Positions 8,006 to 17,441 are shown, numbered from the stretch's first letter. The stretch: 48,126 nucleotides of DNA from a virus (IMGVR_UViG_3300009678_000016:1-48126); one strand, 5' to 3'. Notes: generated by a model from the letters alone, not told the origin. Numbers and translations: made by a program.

Positions 8006-9540
8006 TCACCGACCCTAATCTCGGGATCGCGGTCAACCGCGCGCAGAGCACGCTTTCGGCCGCGCTCAATTCGAGCGACGTCGCTTGCTTCATCACTTCG
8101 GGCGCGCAGTTTCTCGTAAACACCCGGATCACGATCGACAGCGAGATCATCCGCATCTCCGCCAGCGCGGGCAACAACCCGACCATCGAGCGGGGAGTGG
8201 AAGGAACTTCACCGGCGGCGCATCTGATCGGCGCGCTGGTCTCGAATTACATCACGGCAAATTACCACACCCAGCTCGCCGACGAAGTGAAGGCCATCGA
8301 AACTTCACTGGGAGTCAACCTGAAGCGGGTGGCCACCGGGGAAGTGACCATCATCCAGGACGGCTCCGGATGGATCGTCAGAAAGCCCGATCAGACGCTG
8401 TTGACGATCGCGGGAAGCACCACGCAGGGCTTGCAGGAAGCCATTACCTACGCGGTCGAGAACGGGTTCCACATTTGCGGCCGCGGCGGCACGGCGATCA
8501 CCGGCGCGTCTTCGGTGATCAACTGCACCACGGCGATTGTGTGGCCCGCGATGCAAAACATCAAGGTTCGGCTGCACGGCCTGACCATCAATTTCACTTC
8601 CGCCCTAGGCTCGGCAACCGCCATGTCGTTCGACTCCATGCTGATGTGCAACGTGGACATGGGCGGCACTCAGATTGTGAATGCCGGGGCCGGAATCACC
8701 CTGCTGTTCAAGCCGGTGAACCCGTGTGCGGTGGACGGCAGCAGCGTCATTTCCGCTTCGACCGTGCACATTACGACGGTAGTAAACATCCACGCCACGC
8801 CCTCGGCTGTAGCCGCGGTGCCTCTGATCCAGTTCGACATTTCCGCGCTGCCGATCCTCGACACGACCTTTATTTTTGACGAGGTGAACGCCAGTGGATC
8901 CGGATTCACGGTCACCGATCCGGGCGGCTCCGGAGTCTTCCGGGGTAACTATATCCGCTCGGCGAACGTGCATCACCAGACCGGAACCACGCTTCCCGTG
9001 GTTCAGATCGGAGTCACTTCGGCTGCCGGATCCACCAACATCATCGAGAATGTCTGGGACCTGGTGAGCGTCCAGATCAACACCGCCGCCAAGCTGGGAA
9101 TTTCCACCTGGGGATCGTGGGACCAGTTCCGGGTGAACGTGTTCCAGGTAACCATTTCCGCGGGCGTGGCCTTTACGTTCCAGTCAACCGCCGACTTCAA
9201 CCAGCTGTTCGCGGGCCGGCTGAACGGCGCGGCGGGAGTCGCTACTTTGGTCGATCTCTCAGTCACCGGGACGCAGAACAATAACGCCGTCCACTGCCAG
9301 CACATCAAGAACAATCTGTCGATCACGGTGGGAGCGTCGCCGTTCGTCCACCAGAATACGGATTTCGTTCCGCAGCTGGTCACGTGCAACGCCGGCACGG
9401 TGACCGATATCTCGTTCTCGCACGATAACATCACCTATTCCTCGACCCAATCCACGGGGAACATTGTCTTCACGCTGGATCCCGGCATGTACGTCAAGGT
9501 GACCTACTCGTCGGCTCCGACCATGCGAAAGATTCTGTGA
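7978..9540 (+). CDS. Tail fibre/spike protein
   Basis: ATG 7978 after AAGGAG; N-terminal anchor (ERGVEGTSPAAH) followed by a beta-helix-like body. Confidence 0.7.
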   Translation: MAAQYPTAVVTDPNLGIAVNRAQSTLSAALNSSDVACFITSGAQFLVNTRITIDSEIIRISASAGNNPTIERGVEGTSPAAHLIGALVSNYITANYHTQLADEVKAIETSLGVNLKRVATGEVTIIQDGSGWIVRKPDQTLLTIAGSTTQGLQEAITYAVENGFHICGRGGTAITGASSVINCTTAIVWPAMQNIKVRLHGLTINFTSALGSATAMSFDSMLMCNVDMGGTQIVNAGAGITLLFKPVNPCAVDGSSVISASTVHITTVVNIHATPSAVAAVPLIQFDISALPILDTTFIFDEVNASGSGFTVTDPGGSGVFRGNYIRSANVHHQTGTTLPVVQIGVTSAAGSTNIIENVWDLVSVQINTAAKLGISTWGSWDQFRVNVFQVTISAGVAFTFQSTADFNQLFAGRLNGAAGVATLVDLSVTGTQNNNAVHCQHIKNNLSITVGASPFVHQNTDFVPQLVTCNAGTVTDISFSHDNITYSSTQSTGNIVFTLDPGMYVKVTYSSAPTMRKIL

Positions 9541-10220
9541 GCCTGCTCAACACCACGCTCTGGGGCTCGATCTTTCCCGGCGGGATCGCGGGCGAGCTGG
9601 CGGACGGCTCGATTGACGTGGCGCAGGTGATCGACGACTTACTGTACTCGCTGCACGTGGAATCGCGCGACGATCTCGAGTTCTGGAGCGAGTCGGATTT
9701 ATTGGAGTGGATCGACGAATGCCTGAAGCGCCTGGCGCGCATGTGCATGGTGTTTGTGGGACGCGATACGACCATTCTCACGGTGGACGGGCAGGCCGCC
9801 TACACCTTACCGGAGCGGTATATCTCGACCCTGCACGTCAGTCATGTGACCAATCCCCTGCGGCCGGGGAACATGGCGGAGCTCGAAGCCAGGGACACGG
9901 ACTTTAGAACGACCGAAGGAACGCCCTCGCACTGGTATCAGGACCTGCTGGGGATTTCGAGCTTCGCCGTTACGCCAGTGCCGGATACGTCGGACCAGGC
10001 GCTGCCGCTGATCTATGAAGGCTGGCCGGTGGCGGTGACCGTGGGGCAAACGCTGGTGGCCGCGCCGCCTCCGCTGAAAGGGTATCTAGCCATGTATGTG
10101 CTGAGCCAGGCGTACGGAAAAGAATCCGAGAGCGAGATGCCGGATTTGGCGAAGCACTGCTGGGCGCGGGTGCTGATGTACGAGGAAGTATTCACCAGCT
10201 ATTACGGGCCGGGGATGTAA
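9537..10220 (+). CDS. Head-tail adaptor-like protein (third)
   Basis: FWSESDLLEWIDE, GQAAYTLP, GTPSHWY and VTPVPD motifs; GTGA coupling. Confidence 0.65.
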   Translation: MSLLNTTLWGSIFPGGIAGELADGSIDVAQVIDDLLYSLHVESRDDLEFWSESDLLEWIDECLKRLARMCMVFVGRDTTILTVDGQAAYTLPERYISTLHVSHVTNPLRPGNMAELEARDTDFRTTEGTPSHWYQDLLGISSFAVTPVPDTSDQALPLIYEGWPVAVTVGQTLVAAPPPLKGYLAMYVLSQAYGKESESEMPDLAKHCWARVLMYEEVFTSYYGPGM

Positions 10221-12428
10221 ATGGCGTACGAACTCAAGGAACTGAAAGTCATTCCCGGCGGCCTGAATCTCGCGGCGCCCGGCGATCAGGTGGCGACCGG
10301 AGACTGTCTCGACCTCACCGGCTTCTGGCCGTCCGCGGTTGGAAAACTTCAGCAGACCAAGGGCTGGACACCGCGCAATTCGGGAAGCATCAACATGGTG
10401 GTGCACTCGATCTCCGAAGCCGAGCAGCGCATTTACTACGGCGGCGGCGAAAACCTCTACCAGGTGGGACGGGACGCGGGCTTCGTGCCTGCGACCATCG
10501 ACGACAACTACGACAGTTCGCCCCTGGGACTTTTAGGTTTTCAGGGGTTTATGTGGATCGCCAACCGCGCCAAGATGCGCAAGGACGATGGCACCACAAC
10601 CAGCGACTGGGGAGTAGAAGCGCCGGCGTCGGGGCCTTCGCTTGGGACCGCCACAACGGGCGAGCTGTTGGACGGAGATTACGAATACTACGTAACCTTC
10701 ATCGACCTGAACCTGGATGAAGGCAACCCGTCTCCGGTCACCAATCAGACCCTCTCGGGCGGAGACAACGGAGAAGTAACCATCACGCGGCCAAGCGCGG
10801 CCGATGCCAGCCTCATCCTGCGATGGAACGTGTATCGCAAGAGCCCGGGCACAAGCGAAATTCTGCTGTTGAACTTCGACACGATCCTGCCCTACGCGAC
10901 AACCACCCATGTGGACGCGGGAACCGCGGCGCTGCAGCAGACCGACGACGACCTGATCGGCAACGGAGAAATCCTGGAGACGGATCACGACGACCCGCCG
11001 CTCGCGCGAGTGCTCGGCAACGCGCCGTTCAACGGCCGCCTGCTTCTGGCCAGCTCCGACGAATTTCCGAACCGCCTCTGGTACACCAAATCCGATCAGC
11101 CGGGCTTCGTGCCGGCGGATAACTACATCGACATCGGCGCGGACCGGGGCGATGCGATTTTGGGCATTTCCGTCAAGAAGGGATTCTTCATCGTCTACCG
11201 GCAGAGATCCATCTGGGTCCACTTCGGCGACTTCGACGACGACAACCCGCGAGTCGAGCCATTGGTTCCGGAGATGGGGACGCTGGGAATCCGTTCCTGG
11301 TGCTCGACCTCGCAGGCGGATTACTTCGCCTGGCGGAACTCGGTTTACAAACTGACGGATTGGGCAACCGATATCGGCCAGAAGATCCAGCCGGTTTTCG
11401 AAGAGTTTGTGATTGAGAACTTCGACCTGCTGTACAAGCTGGAACAGGGTCAGTGCGCTCTCGGATTCAACAATGGGCGCCTGTGGTTCTCGTATCCCGC
11501 GGGCGATTTGAGCGAGTTTCCGACTCACACCCTGATCCTCGACCAGGCGAGCGATCGCTGGTTTGCGAGGACCTGGACCTATGGGGGCTTCGCGTGTTTC
11601 TACGTGAGCTCCGAATTCTTTCTGGCGGGCGATGCGATCGGGAATGTGCAGTCGCTCGAAGACGGGCTCACCGACGGCTACGGCGGCGGGGTGTGGCCGA
11701 TTCCGCTGGCCTATCAGTCGGCGTATGAGGACTGCGGGCTGCCGGACCGCGAGAAAACCTGGGCAGACCTGGTGATCGATCACAACACGCAGGGCGCCGA
11801 GCTGGACGTCATCATCAAAACCAACAAGCTGAGGACGGGCGGCGGCGTGGATGAGTTCACCCTCGCCACTCTGGATTCGGTCACGGCAACCCGCGAAACC
11901 ATTCCGCTGTTTTACCCGGCGGATTACGTGACGGTGGCCAAGCGGAACACTCCCATCAAGGCGCACAATCTCTCGGTGCGAATCGCAGGCGACGGGCCGG
12001 AAGCCGGCTTCTGCTCGATCGACACGCCGATCCTTTTGCACTATTACCTAGAGGCGAGATATGCCCAGACCTTCGACTCGGGACTGACGGACCTGGGGAC
12101 GAAGGACGTGAAAGCGGTGGACCAGATCGAGCTGGACATCGACACGGCGGAGCTGGTTTTAGTTCAGGTCTACAGCGATTTTCCAGGCGGAATTATGACG
12201 TACCGGGAGACCCTGATCATTCCAGCCACTTCCGGCCGGCAGGTGTTTCCGGTGCTGCTGGCCGCGGAACGGGAGGGGCGCTTGTTCCGGTTTCAGGTGG
12301 TAGCTTTCGGAGCGCAGCCGGGGTTTCAGCTGTACGGAATGCGGGTGCGGGTGTTGCCCATCGGAATCTATTTGGATGGAACGATTGCGGATGCGTGGGA
12401 CTCCGAACCGATGGCGTCAGGGGCTTAG
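10221..12428 (+). CDS. Tail tubular B / P22 gp10-like stabilisation (nozzle) protein
   Basis: GGLN N-terminus; FNGRLLLA..PNRLWYT beta-propeller-like segment; 735 aa. Confidence 0.75.
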   Translation: MAYELKELKVIPGGLNLAAPGDQVATGDCLDLTGFWPSAVGKLQQTKGWTPRNSGSINMVVHSISEAEQRIYYGGGENLYQVGRDAGFVPATIDDNYDSSPLGLLGFQGFMWIANRAKMRKDDGTTTSDWGVEAPASGPSLGTATTGELLDGDYEYYVTFIDLNLDEGNPSPVTNQTLSGGDNGEVTITRPSAADASLILRWNVYRKSPGTSEILLLNFDTILPYATTTHVDAGTAALQQTDDDLIGNGEILETDHDDPPLARVLGNAPFNGRLLLASSDEFPNRLWYTKSDQPGFVPADNYIDIGADRGDAILGISVKKGFFIVYRQRSIWVHFGDFDDDNPRVEPLVPEMGTLGIRSWCSTSQADYFAWRNSVYKLTDWATDIGQKIQPVFEEFVIENFDLLYKLEQGQCALGFNNGRLWFSYPAGDLSEFPTHTLILDQASDRWFARTWTYGGFACFYVSSEFFLAGDAIGNVQSLEDGLTDGYGGGVWPIPLAYQSAYEDCGLPDREKTWADLVIDHNTQGAELDVIIKTNKLRTGGGVDEFTLATLDSVTATRETIPLFYPADYVTVAKRNTPIKAHNLSVRIAGDGPEAGFCSIDTPILLHYYLEARYAQTFDSGLTDLGTKDVKAVDQIELDIDTAELVLVQVYSDFPGGIMTYRETLIIPATSGRQVFPVLLAAEREGRLFRFQVVAFGAQPGFQLYGMRVRVLPIGIYLDGTIADAWDSEPMASGA

Positions 12429-12436
12429 GGCGATAA
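12429..12436 (+). promoter_or_regulatory. Putative sigma28-type -10 box GGCGATAA
   Basis: 6 nt before GTG 12443. Confidence 0.7.
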
Positions 12437-12442
12437 ACCAGC

Positions 12443-12805
12443 GTGGCGATTCAGAAGGTTCAGGAATTCCTGGAATTCACGATTTTCTACCAGTCGAACG
12501 GCGCGTCGAAGATCCAGCTGGAAACCGATTTTCCCTCGGGCGCGCTGGCCATCCGTTTGCCCGTCGCTTCCCCCAGCTCGTCGGGAATCGCGCTGCCTAC
12601 CACGGCGGGCTTGCGCGGCACGTTCACGATTCCGCTGATTGGCGTCGAAGGCACCGAGTACAAATTCACCATCAGTCCGGGAGCCGCGACCCAGCTCCGC
12701 ATCTTCTCGGCCACCGTGAAATTGCGGATGATCGGCGTGTACCTCGATGGATCGCTGACTGTGCCCGAGACCTGGGTGAGCGGGCCGGTGGCGCTGGGGG
12801 CCTGA
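12443..12805 (+). CDS. Virion protein paralogous to the C-terminal domain of the nozzle protein
   Basis: TDFPSG...IGVYLDG..W.SGPVALGA versus SDFPGG...IGIYLDG..WDSEPMASGA. Confidence 0.7.
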   Translation: MAIQKVQEFLEFTIFYQSNGASKIQLETDFPSGALAIRLPVASPSSSGIALPTTAGLRGTFTIPLIGVEGTEYKFTISPGAATQLRIFSATVKLRMIGVYLDGSLTVPETWVSGPVALGA

Positions 12806-13362
12806 TGGCCTTCGAGCATATCTTCCTCCTCGGAAAACTGGAGCTGGACGTGATCGCCACGGCAGCGGGCACGATCACGATCCAAACCGATATCCCGGAC
12901 AACGCCATGACGGACCGGGGAACCGTAGCGGTGGGAATCTCAACCCGGCGCGTGGTTCAGAAGCGGCTGCCGGGCCACTTTCAGGGCCACCTGTTCCAGT
13001 TCACCTATGCACCTGGGAATGGGACGTCGCGGCTCTACGGCATGCGCCTCTGGGCCCGGGAACTGCCGAATGGCCGATGGGGCTGGCATGCGCTGCCCGT
13101 GGTTCCGACGCCGCAGGAGTGGTCTGCCGTGGCGCTTGAAATTCCACCGACGCCGGATAGCTGGGCAAGCGTCAGGCTGGAATTTGCGCCCACGCCCGAA
13201 GGCTGGTCGGGGGTGGCGCTCAGTATTCCGCCGACGCCGGAGGACTGGTCGACGGTCAGGCTGAATATTCCGCCGACGCCGGATGGCTGGTCCGAAGTGC
13301 GATTGCCGATCAAGCCCACGCCTCCGGTACCGGAGTGGTTCAGTCTGGAGGTGGACCGTTGA
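12805..13362 (+). CDS. Virion protein: nozzle C-domain paralog plus PPTPxxWS repeats
   Basis: TGATG coupling; TDIPDN and RLYGMR motifs; about six 14-aa repeats. Confidence 0.7.
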   Translation: MAFEHIFLLGKLELDVIATAAGTITIQTDIPDNAMTDRGTVAVGISTRRVVQKRLPGHFQGHLFQFTYAPGNGTSRLYGMRLWARELPNGRWGWHALPVVPTPQEWSAVALEIPPTPDSWASVRLEFAPTPEGWSGVALSIPPTPEDWSTVRLNIPPTPDGWSEVRLPIKPTPPVPEWFSLEVDR

Positions 13363-13985
13363 TTCCGGACCTTCCGCCGATTCCGGGCGTACCCGACAAA
13401 CTGATTCAGGCGATCAACGAGCGGCTGCGTAAAGTAGTCCGGGCGGTAAGCCGCGCCATAGCGGGCGCGGAGGAATCGCAGATCGCGGTGGGCAACCGCG
13501 ACGGCTCGTTGAGCTTCGACCGCTATTTCGTCTGGACCGGAACCACCAACACCGACGGCAGGCTGGGAGTAGGCACGCAAACCCCCTTCGTCGATTCCGT
13601 GGCCCACTTCCATTTCGGCTCCAACCAGAATCTGCTGATCGCCGATAAAGCGCTGCTCGCGACCGGAGTCACCCTGCGATCGGTGAACGACGCGGTAGCG
13701 GACCAGGGAGGCCTCGAGATCCGCTGTAGCCAACTGATGCTGACACATGCGGCCGACCGGGAAATCGGTTTCTTCGGGGGCACCCCGGCAGTGCAGCAGG
13801 TACTCGACGCCTACGCACCCGATGATGAAGGCTTTGCGTACCTTGGAATCGCCACCGGATTGGGCGGCACGCCGTATGCAGCCAATGCCGCGCTCGAATC
13901 GCTCAGAACGGCGTACGAGAATTTGCGGGCCGAAGTCGAGAACTTACGCGAGAAATTGCTGGCGACAACGCTGGTGGATGAGTGA
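13359..13985 (+). CDS. Tail-associated protein with C-terminal coiled coil
   Basis: TTG start after GGAGG; GRLGVGTQTP and IGFFGGTPAVQQ fibre-type motifs. Confidence 0.65.
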   Translation: MIPDLPPIPGVPDKLIQAINERLRKVVRAVSRAIAGAEESQIAVGNRDGSLSFDRYFVWTGTTNTDGRLGVGTQTPFVDSVAHFHFGSNQNLLIADKALLATGVTLRSVNDAVADQGGLEIRCSQLMLTHAADREIGFFGGTPAVQQVLDAYAPDDEGFAYLGIATGLGGTPYAANAALESLRTAYENLRAEVENLREKLLATTLVDE

Positions 13986-14010
13986 TGCAGAATGATGCAG
14001 GGTGATGCAG
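13983..14010. repeat. Three TGATGCAG direct repeats with 10-bp period
   Basis: Copies at 13983, 13993 and 14003; extra ATGCAG at 14032. Confidence 0.8.
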
Positions 14011-14042
14011 GCGTGGCTCTTGCACCACACAATGCAGGCTTT

Positions 14043-14657
14043 TCATTTCTGCTTAAGTTGTTGATTCTTCGTTCGGGCTGCTTTGGCTTTTCCCCCCTTG
14101 CTCCACCGCGCCATGGCGGGCGTCTTTAGACTCGCCTGATACAGTTCCATCGCCCGTCCCACCGTCATGCCGGGATCGCCTGCGAAGTAGCCAGCCATAT
14201 TTCGTTCCTGATGACGCATCTGGGTGAGAGTTTTCCTGTCCTTCTTCCTCTTCCCTTCCGCCCGCCGCGCATAGTCGTAGGAGTCGATTCGCACGGCCAG
14301 TTCCACGATGGCTGCCCGGTACTGTTCGAGGCTCGACCGGTTCACGTCGATCCAGGCGTCTCCGGCTTTGATCAGCTTCGGAACGTGCTCGTATTCCGGA
14401 AGGGCCAGCCATCCTTGCCGCTCGTCTGGGGCTTTCTCGACCGCCCGCCGCATGGCGCGCTGAGAGGTGGCCGCTACCGATTCGAGGGTAATTTGATCGC
14501 GGAGCGCGGCCCACTCTTCCGGGTTCTCAATGGCGAGCCCCAATGTCACCCGGCAGGCTACATCGGTTGAAGTAAACGGCGTGCCGCGTGCCGCGAGACT
14601 CCGGACCGCTTCGTCGATGGCGGCGGCCAGCTTCTTTCTGTTATTGTCGTTTTGCAT
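14043..14657 (-). CDS. Moron-like hypothetical protein, paralog of 21949 and 23071
   Basis: SD GAGG; YFAGDPGMTVGRAMEL matches YAAGNPGITFGEVQEL. Confidence 0.75.
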   Translation of the reverse strand: MQNDNNRKKLAAAIDEAVRSLAARGTPFTSTDVACRVTLGLAIENPEEWAALRDQITLESVAATSQRAMRRAVEKAPDERQGWLALPEYEHVPKLIKAGDAWIDVNRSSLEQYRAAIVELAVRIDSYDYARRAEGKRKKDRKTLTQMRHQERNMAGYFAGDPGMTVGRAMELYQASLKTPAMARWSKGGKAKAARTKNQQLKQK

Positions 14658-14801
14658 CGTTGGCCACCTCGAATGGCTTGCGTGCCGGGGTCCGCGTTTC
14701 GCGCGCGGACCTCAATAGCATACACCTCAAGGCGGGATTTGTTGCCCGGCTATTTTTCACCGCCTAACTCCAGAAGCACATTGACCGAATCCCCAAGGCA
14801 C

Positions 14802-14828
14802 CCGCGCCCCACGAGTAGAACGTTCAAA
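14802..14828 (+). repeat. Dispersed 27-bp motif, copy 3
   Basis: CCGCGCCCCACGAGTAGAACGTTCAAA. Confidence 0.9.
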
Positions 14829-14844
14829 TTATAAAAATCGGTTG

Positions 14845-14852
14845 GGCGATAA
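14845..14852 (+). promoter_or_regulatory. Putative sigma28-type -10 box GGCGATAA
   Basis: 7 nt before in-frame GTG 14860. Confidence 0.7.
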
Positions 14853-14859
14853 CTCCTCA

Positions 14860-15585
14860 GTGGAGATCTCCGTCAAATCCCCGTTCCCTTTTGAAGCCTT
14901 ACCCAGAGTCTGGAAGTGGATGGAGACATTCAGACATCTGGTAGCCGACGACTTTTCCCCGAAAGACCTTCCCGGTTTCATGGCCGGTTTGCAGCTCAAA
15001 TTCGAGCAGCCGGGATATCAGACCTGGAGCATTTCTGTAGACGGCGAGTTAGTGGGTCTGATCGCCATGGAAAAGCTGAGTCCCTGGCTGGGAACCGCGC
15101 ACTGGATTCTGAAGCCGGACTTCCACGGTAAGGGCGTAGCGCGGAAAGCCTCGATGATCGCCGTAACCGAGATGTTCGAGTCCGGCATCGGGAAACTGAG
15201 CTTCTATCCGCTGGATGGCAACTGGGCCATGTTCAGCCTGTTGAAAAGCCTGGGAGCGCAGCACGAAGGCATGTTACGAGGGCAAACCCTGTCGGACGGG
15301 AAACCTGTAGATATGCACCTGTACGGATTGATGAAAGAGGAGTTCTATGCCGTTTGCCGCGTTACTGCCGTTTCTGCCAGCGATCGCGGGCGGAGTGGGA
15401 TCGATTATCAAGGGGATCGGGGGGACCAAGGACCAGACCTCAAAGACGACCGGCACCAGCACACCGACGCTCTCCCCGGAATTACAGGCGATCATGACCA
15501 AGCTCCTGGGGTACCAGCAGGGAATGATCGACGACCCGAACCAGGGATTGGCGCCGATCCGCAGCAATGCGCTGGAGGGGATTAA
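14860..15585 (+). CDS. GNAT (RimJ/RimL-like) acetyltransferase-fold protein
   Basis: PDFHGKGVA acetyl-CoA motif; LGAQHEGMLR and GKPVDMHLYGL; usual podovirus position before the ejection genes. Confidence 0.8.
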   Translation: MEISVKSPFPFEALPRVWKWMETFRHLVADDFSPKDLPGFMAGLQLKFEQPGYQTWSISVDGELVGLIAMEKLSPWLGTAHWILKPDFHGKGVARKASMIAVTEMFESGIGKLSFYPLDGNWAMFSLLKSLGAQHEGMLRGQTLSDGKPVDMHLYGLMKEEFYAVCRVTAVSASDRGRSGIDYQGDRGDQGPDLKDDRHQHTDALPGITGDHDQAPGVPAGNDRRPEPGIGADPQQCAGGD

Positions 15586-15964
15586 CCGGCGCTACGCAGG
15601 ATCAGGGGACCGTGTGAGCACCCAGCTCGCAAAGAGAGGCTACACGGGCTCCGGTAAGCTGCCAGGGGCATTTGTGAACCTGGAGCGGTCCCGGCTTGCG
15701 GACATGAGCGGCCTCGAATCCGACTTCGCCCGGATCGCCAGCGACCGGCAGAGCGGCGCGGCGAATTCGATCCAGCAGATTCTGGCAAGTATGCGGGGAA
15801 CCAGCAACACGGGCAGCTTCACTCAGCCGGGAATGAGCGGATTGTCGGCAGCGGGCGACGTCCTGGGCAACGTGTCGAAGCTGCTCGGTTTCCTGAAGGG
15901 CGGCAACGAAAAATCGGAACAATCGGGCTACGACTCGCAAAGCGGCGAAGCATGGGGCAGGTAA
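15347..15964 (+). CDS. Small DNA ejection (internal virion) protein
   Basis: SD GAGGAG; hydrophobic Gly-rich N-terminus; LAKRGYTGSG motif. Confidence 0.7.
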   Translation: MPFAALLPFLPAIAGGVGSIIKGIGGTKDQTSKTTGTSTPTLSPELQAIMTKLLGYQQGMIDDPNQGLAPIRSNALEGINRRYAGSGDRVSTQLAKRGYTGSGKLPGAFVNLERSRLADMSGLESDFARIASDRQSGAANSIQQILASMRGTSNTGSFTQPGMSGLSAAGDVLGNVSKLLGFLKGGNEKSEQSGYDSQSGEAWGR

Positions 15965-15968
15965 CCTG

Positions 15969-17441
15969 ATGCCACAACAAGAGACCCGAAGTCCCGTTGA
16001 CCAGATGATCGAAGGCATGCTGCAAGGGCAGCAGCTTCGCCAGCAGATCAAGCACCAGAAATTACAGGAGGAAGCCTACGTCCGCCAGCAGGCGCGGGAA
16101 GACCAGGAATCGAGCATCCAGGACATCATGAACCGGATGAACCTGGAGCGGCACGCCAGGCCAATCAGGAACGGCACAATCACCGAGAACAACCCGGATA
16201 CGCAGATGCCGGGTATGGACCTCGGAAACGGAGCGGTGCTGCCAGGAATGACGCTCCCTGGCCAGGTGATGCGAAAGGCGGATTCCTCACGCACGGTGAA
16301 GTACAAGAACCGGGCGGGAGAATCGAGCGAATACGAGCTGTTCACGCCGGAGGAACAGAACCGGCGGGGCACGCGGCAAATGCAGGATGCGGAGTACAAC
16401 AAGCTCAGTGCTTCAGAATCCGCCTACCAGCAAGTGCTGCGGGAAATGGGCGTCGACGTGGACGACGACGTAGAGGACGTTCTCCAGATGCCACGCGGAT
16501 CGAAGGCGCTGCCGAGAGATTTACCGGGCCTGCGGCAGAAGGCGGCGGCGGCGAAAACGGCGGGCGAGTTCACGTTGACCGAAGGCGGGACGCGTTTCGC
16601 TGCTGGCGGCAAAGTGATCGCGACAAACCCGAAGGACGCGCCGGCACTGACGGGCGAGCGGGCGGAATTGGCGGACTTCCGCACAGTCTGGATGGGTGCG
16701 AACGACATCAACCCGTCCGACTCCAGCCCAACCGACGAACTTAGGGTGTGGGATGCGTTTCAGCAATGGAAACGCGGAGCGCTGGTGCTGCCTCCGGAAG
16801 TCGAAAAGCAGCGTATCCGAATCGCCAAACACGCCAAAGCGGACAAGGGCGGAAATCCCGGCCTCGTGGAGGCGGTGTTGGCCAACCCCAACATTTACGA
16901 CACGCTGACTGCAACGGCCAAGACCGCGATCGCGCCCGACCTGGCGGCGGCTGGGTTCAGTGGGTTCGGTAAGCAGTTAACGGAAAGCGCCATCAAAAAA
17001 ATGTCCGAGTCGCGCTCTGCCGTCAAGTCCCTGGTGGACCTTCGCGACATTCTGAAGGCGAACGAGAAGTACATTGGTCCGATCGCTGGATTCTCAGCTT
17101 TGAACCCTTATTCGCCAGCCCGTAAAGCGCAGGCAGATATCGATCGCAACAAGCAGCGCGTGGGCAAAACTCTCGAAGGCGGCGTGCTCCGCAAGGAAGA
17201 TGAGGAGAAATACAAAAAGATTCTGGCCACCCTCAGCGACACGCCGGAAACCGCGATTTACAAAGTGGATCAGATGATCGAGGACATCCAGCGGGATGCG
17301 GACATCTACATCGAAGAGCAGCGGAAAGCCGGCCGGAAAGTGGAAGGCACGACAAAGCAGGCGGCTCCGGCTGGAACCGCAGCGCCGGCCGCCACGCATC
17401 GATTCAACCCCACAACCGGCAAAATCGAGGCGATCAAATAA
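15969..17441 (+). CDS. DNA ejection (internal virion) protein
   Basis: Gln-rich helical sequence; FTLTEGGTRF..GKVIA motif; position. Confidence 0.65.
   Translation: MPQQETRSPVDQMIEGMLQGQQLRQQIKHQKLQEEAYVRQQAREDQESSIQDIMNRMNLERHARPIRNGTITENNPDTQMPGMDLGNGAVLPGMTLPGQVMRKADSSRTVKYKNRAGESSEYELFTPEEQNRRGTRQMQDAEYNKLSASESAYQQVLREMGVDVDDDVEDVLQMPRGSKALPRDLPGLRQKAAAAKTAGEFTLTEGGTRFAAGGKVIATNPKDAPALTGERAELADFRTVWMGANDINPSDSSPTDELRVWDAFQQWKRGALVLPPEVEKQRIRIAKHAKADKGGNPGLVEAVLANPNIYDTLTATAKTAIAPDLAAAGFSGFGKQLTESAIKKMSESRSAVKSLVDLRDILKANEKYIGPIAGFSALNPYSPARKAQADIDRNKQRVGKTLEGGVLRKEDEEKYKKILATLSDTPETAIYKVDQMIEDIQRDADIYIEEQRKAGRKVEGTTKQAAPAGTAAPAATHRFNPTTGKIEAIK

Noticed and set aside
3818-9540. Diversity-generating retroelement acting on the spike genes
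   Set aside because: No reverse transcriptase ORF and no adenine-variant TR/VR pair noticed
10533-12041. Long antisense or alternate-frame ORFs (e.g. 10533-12041, 32345-33733, 43912-45294, 2656-3819)
   Set aside because: Shadow ORFs of well-supported genes, expected in GC-rich DNA; no motifs or start signals
13641-13648. GCCGATAA here, plus GGCGATAT near 45137 and a - strand GGCGATAA at 7386-7393, as promoters
   Set aside because: They lie inside coding sequence with no suitably spaced start; treated as background hits
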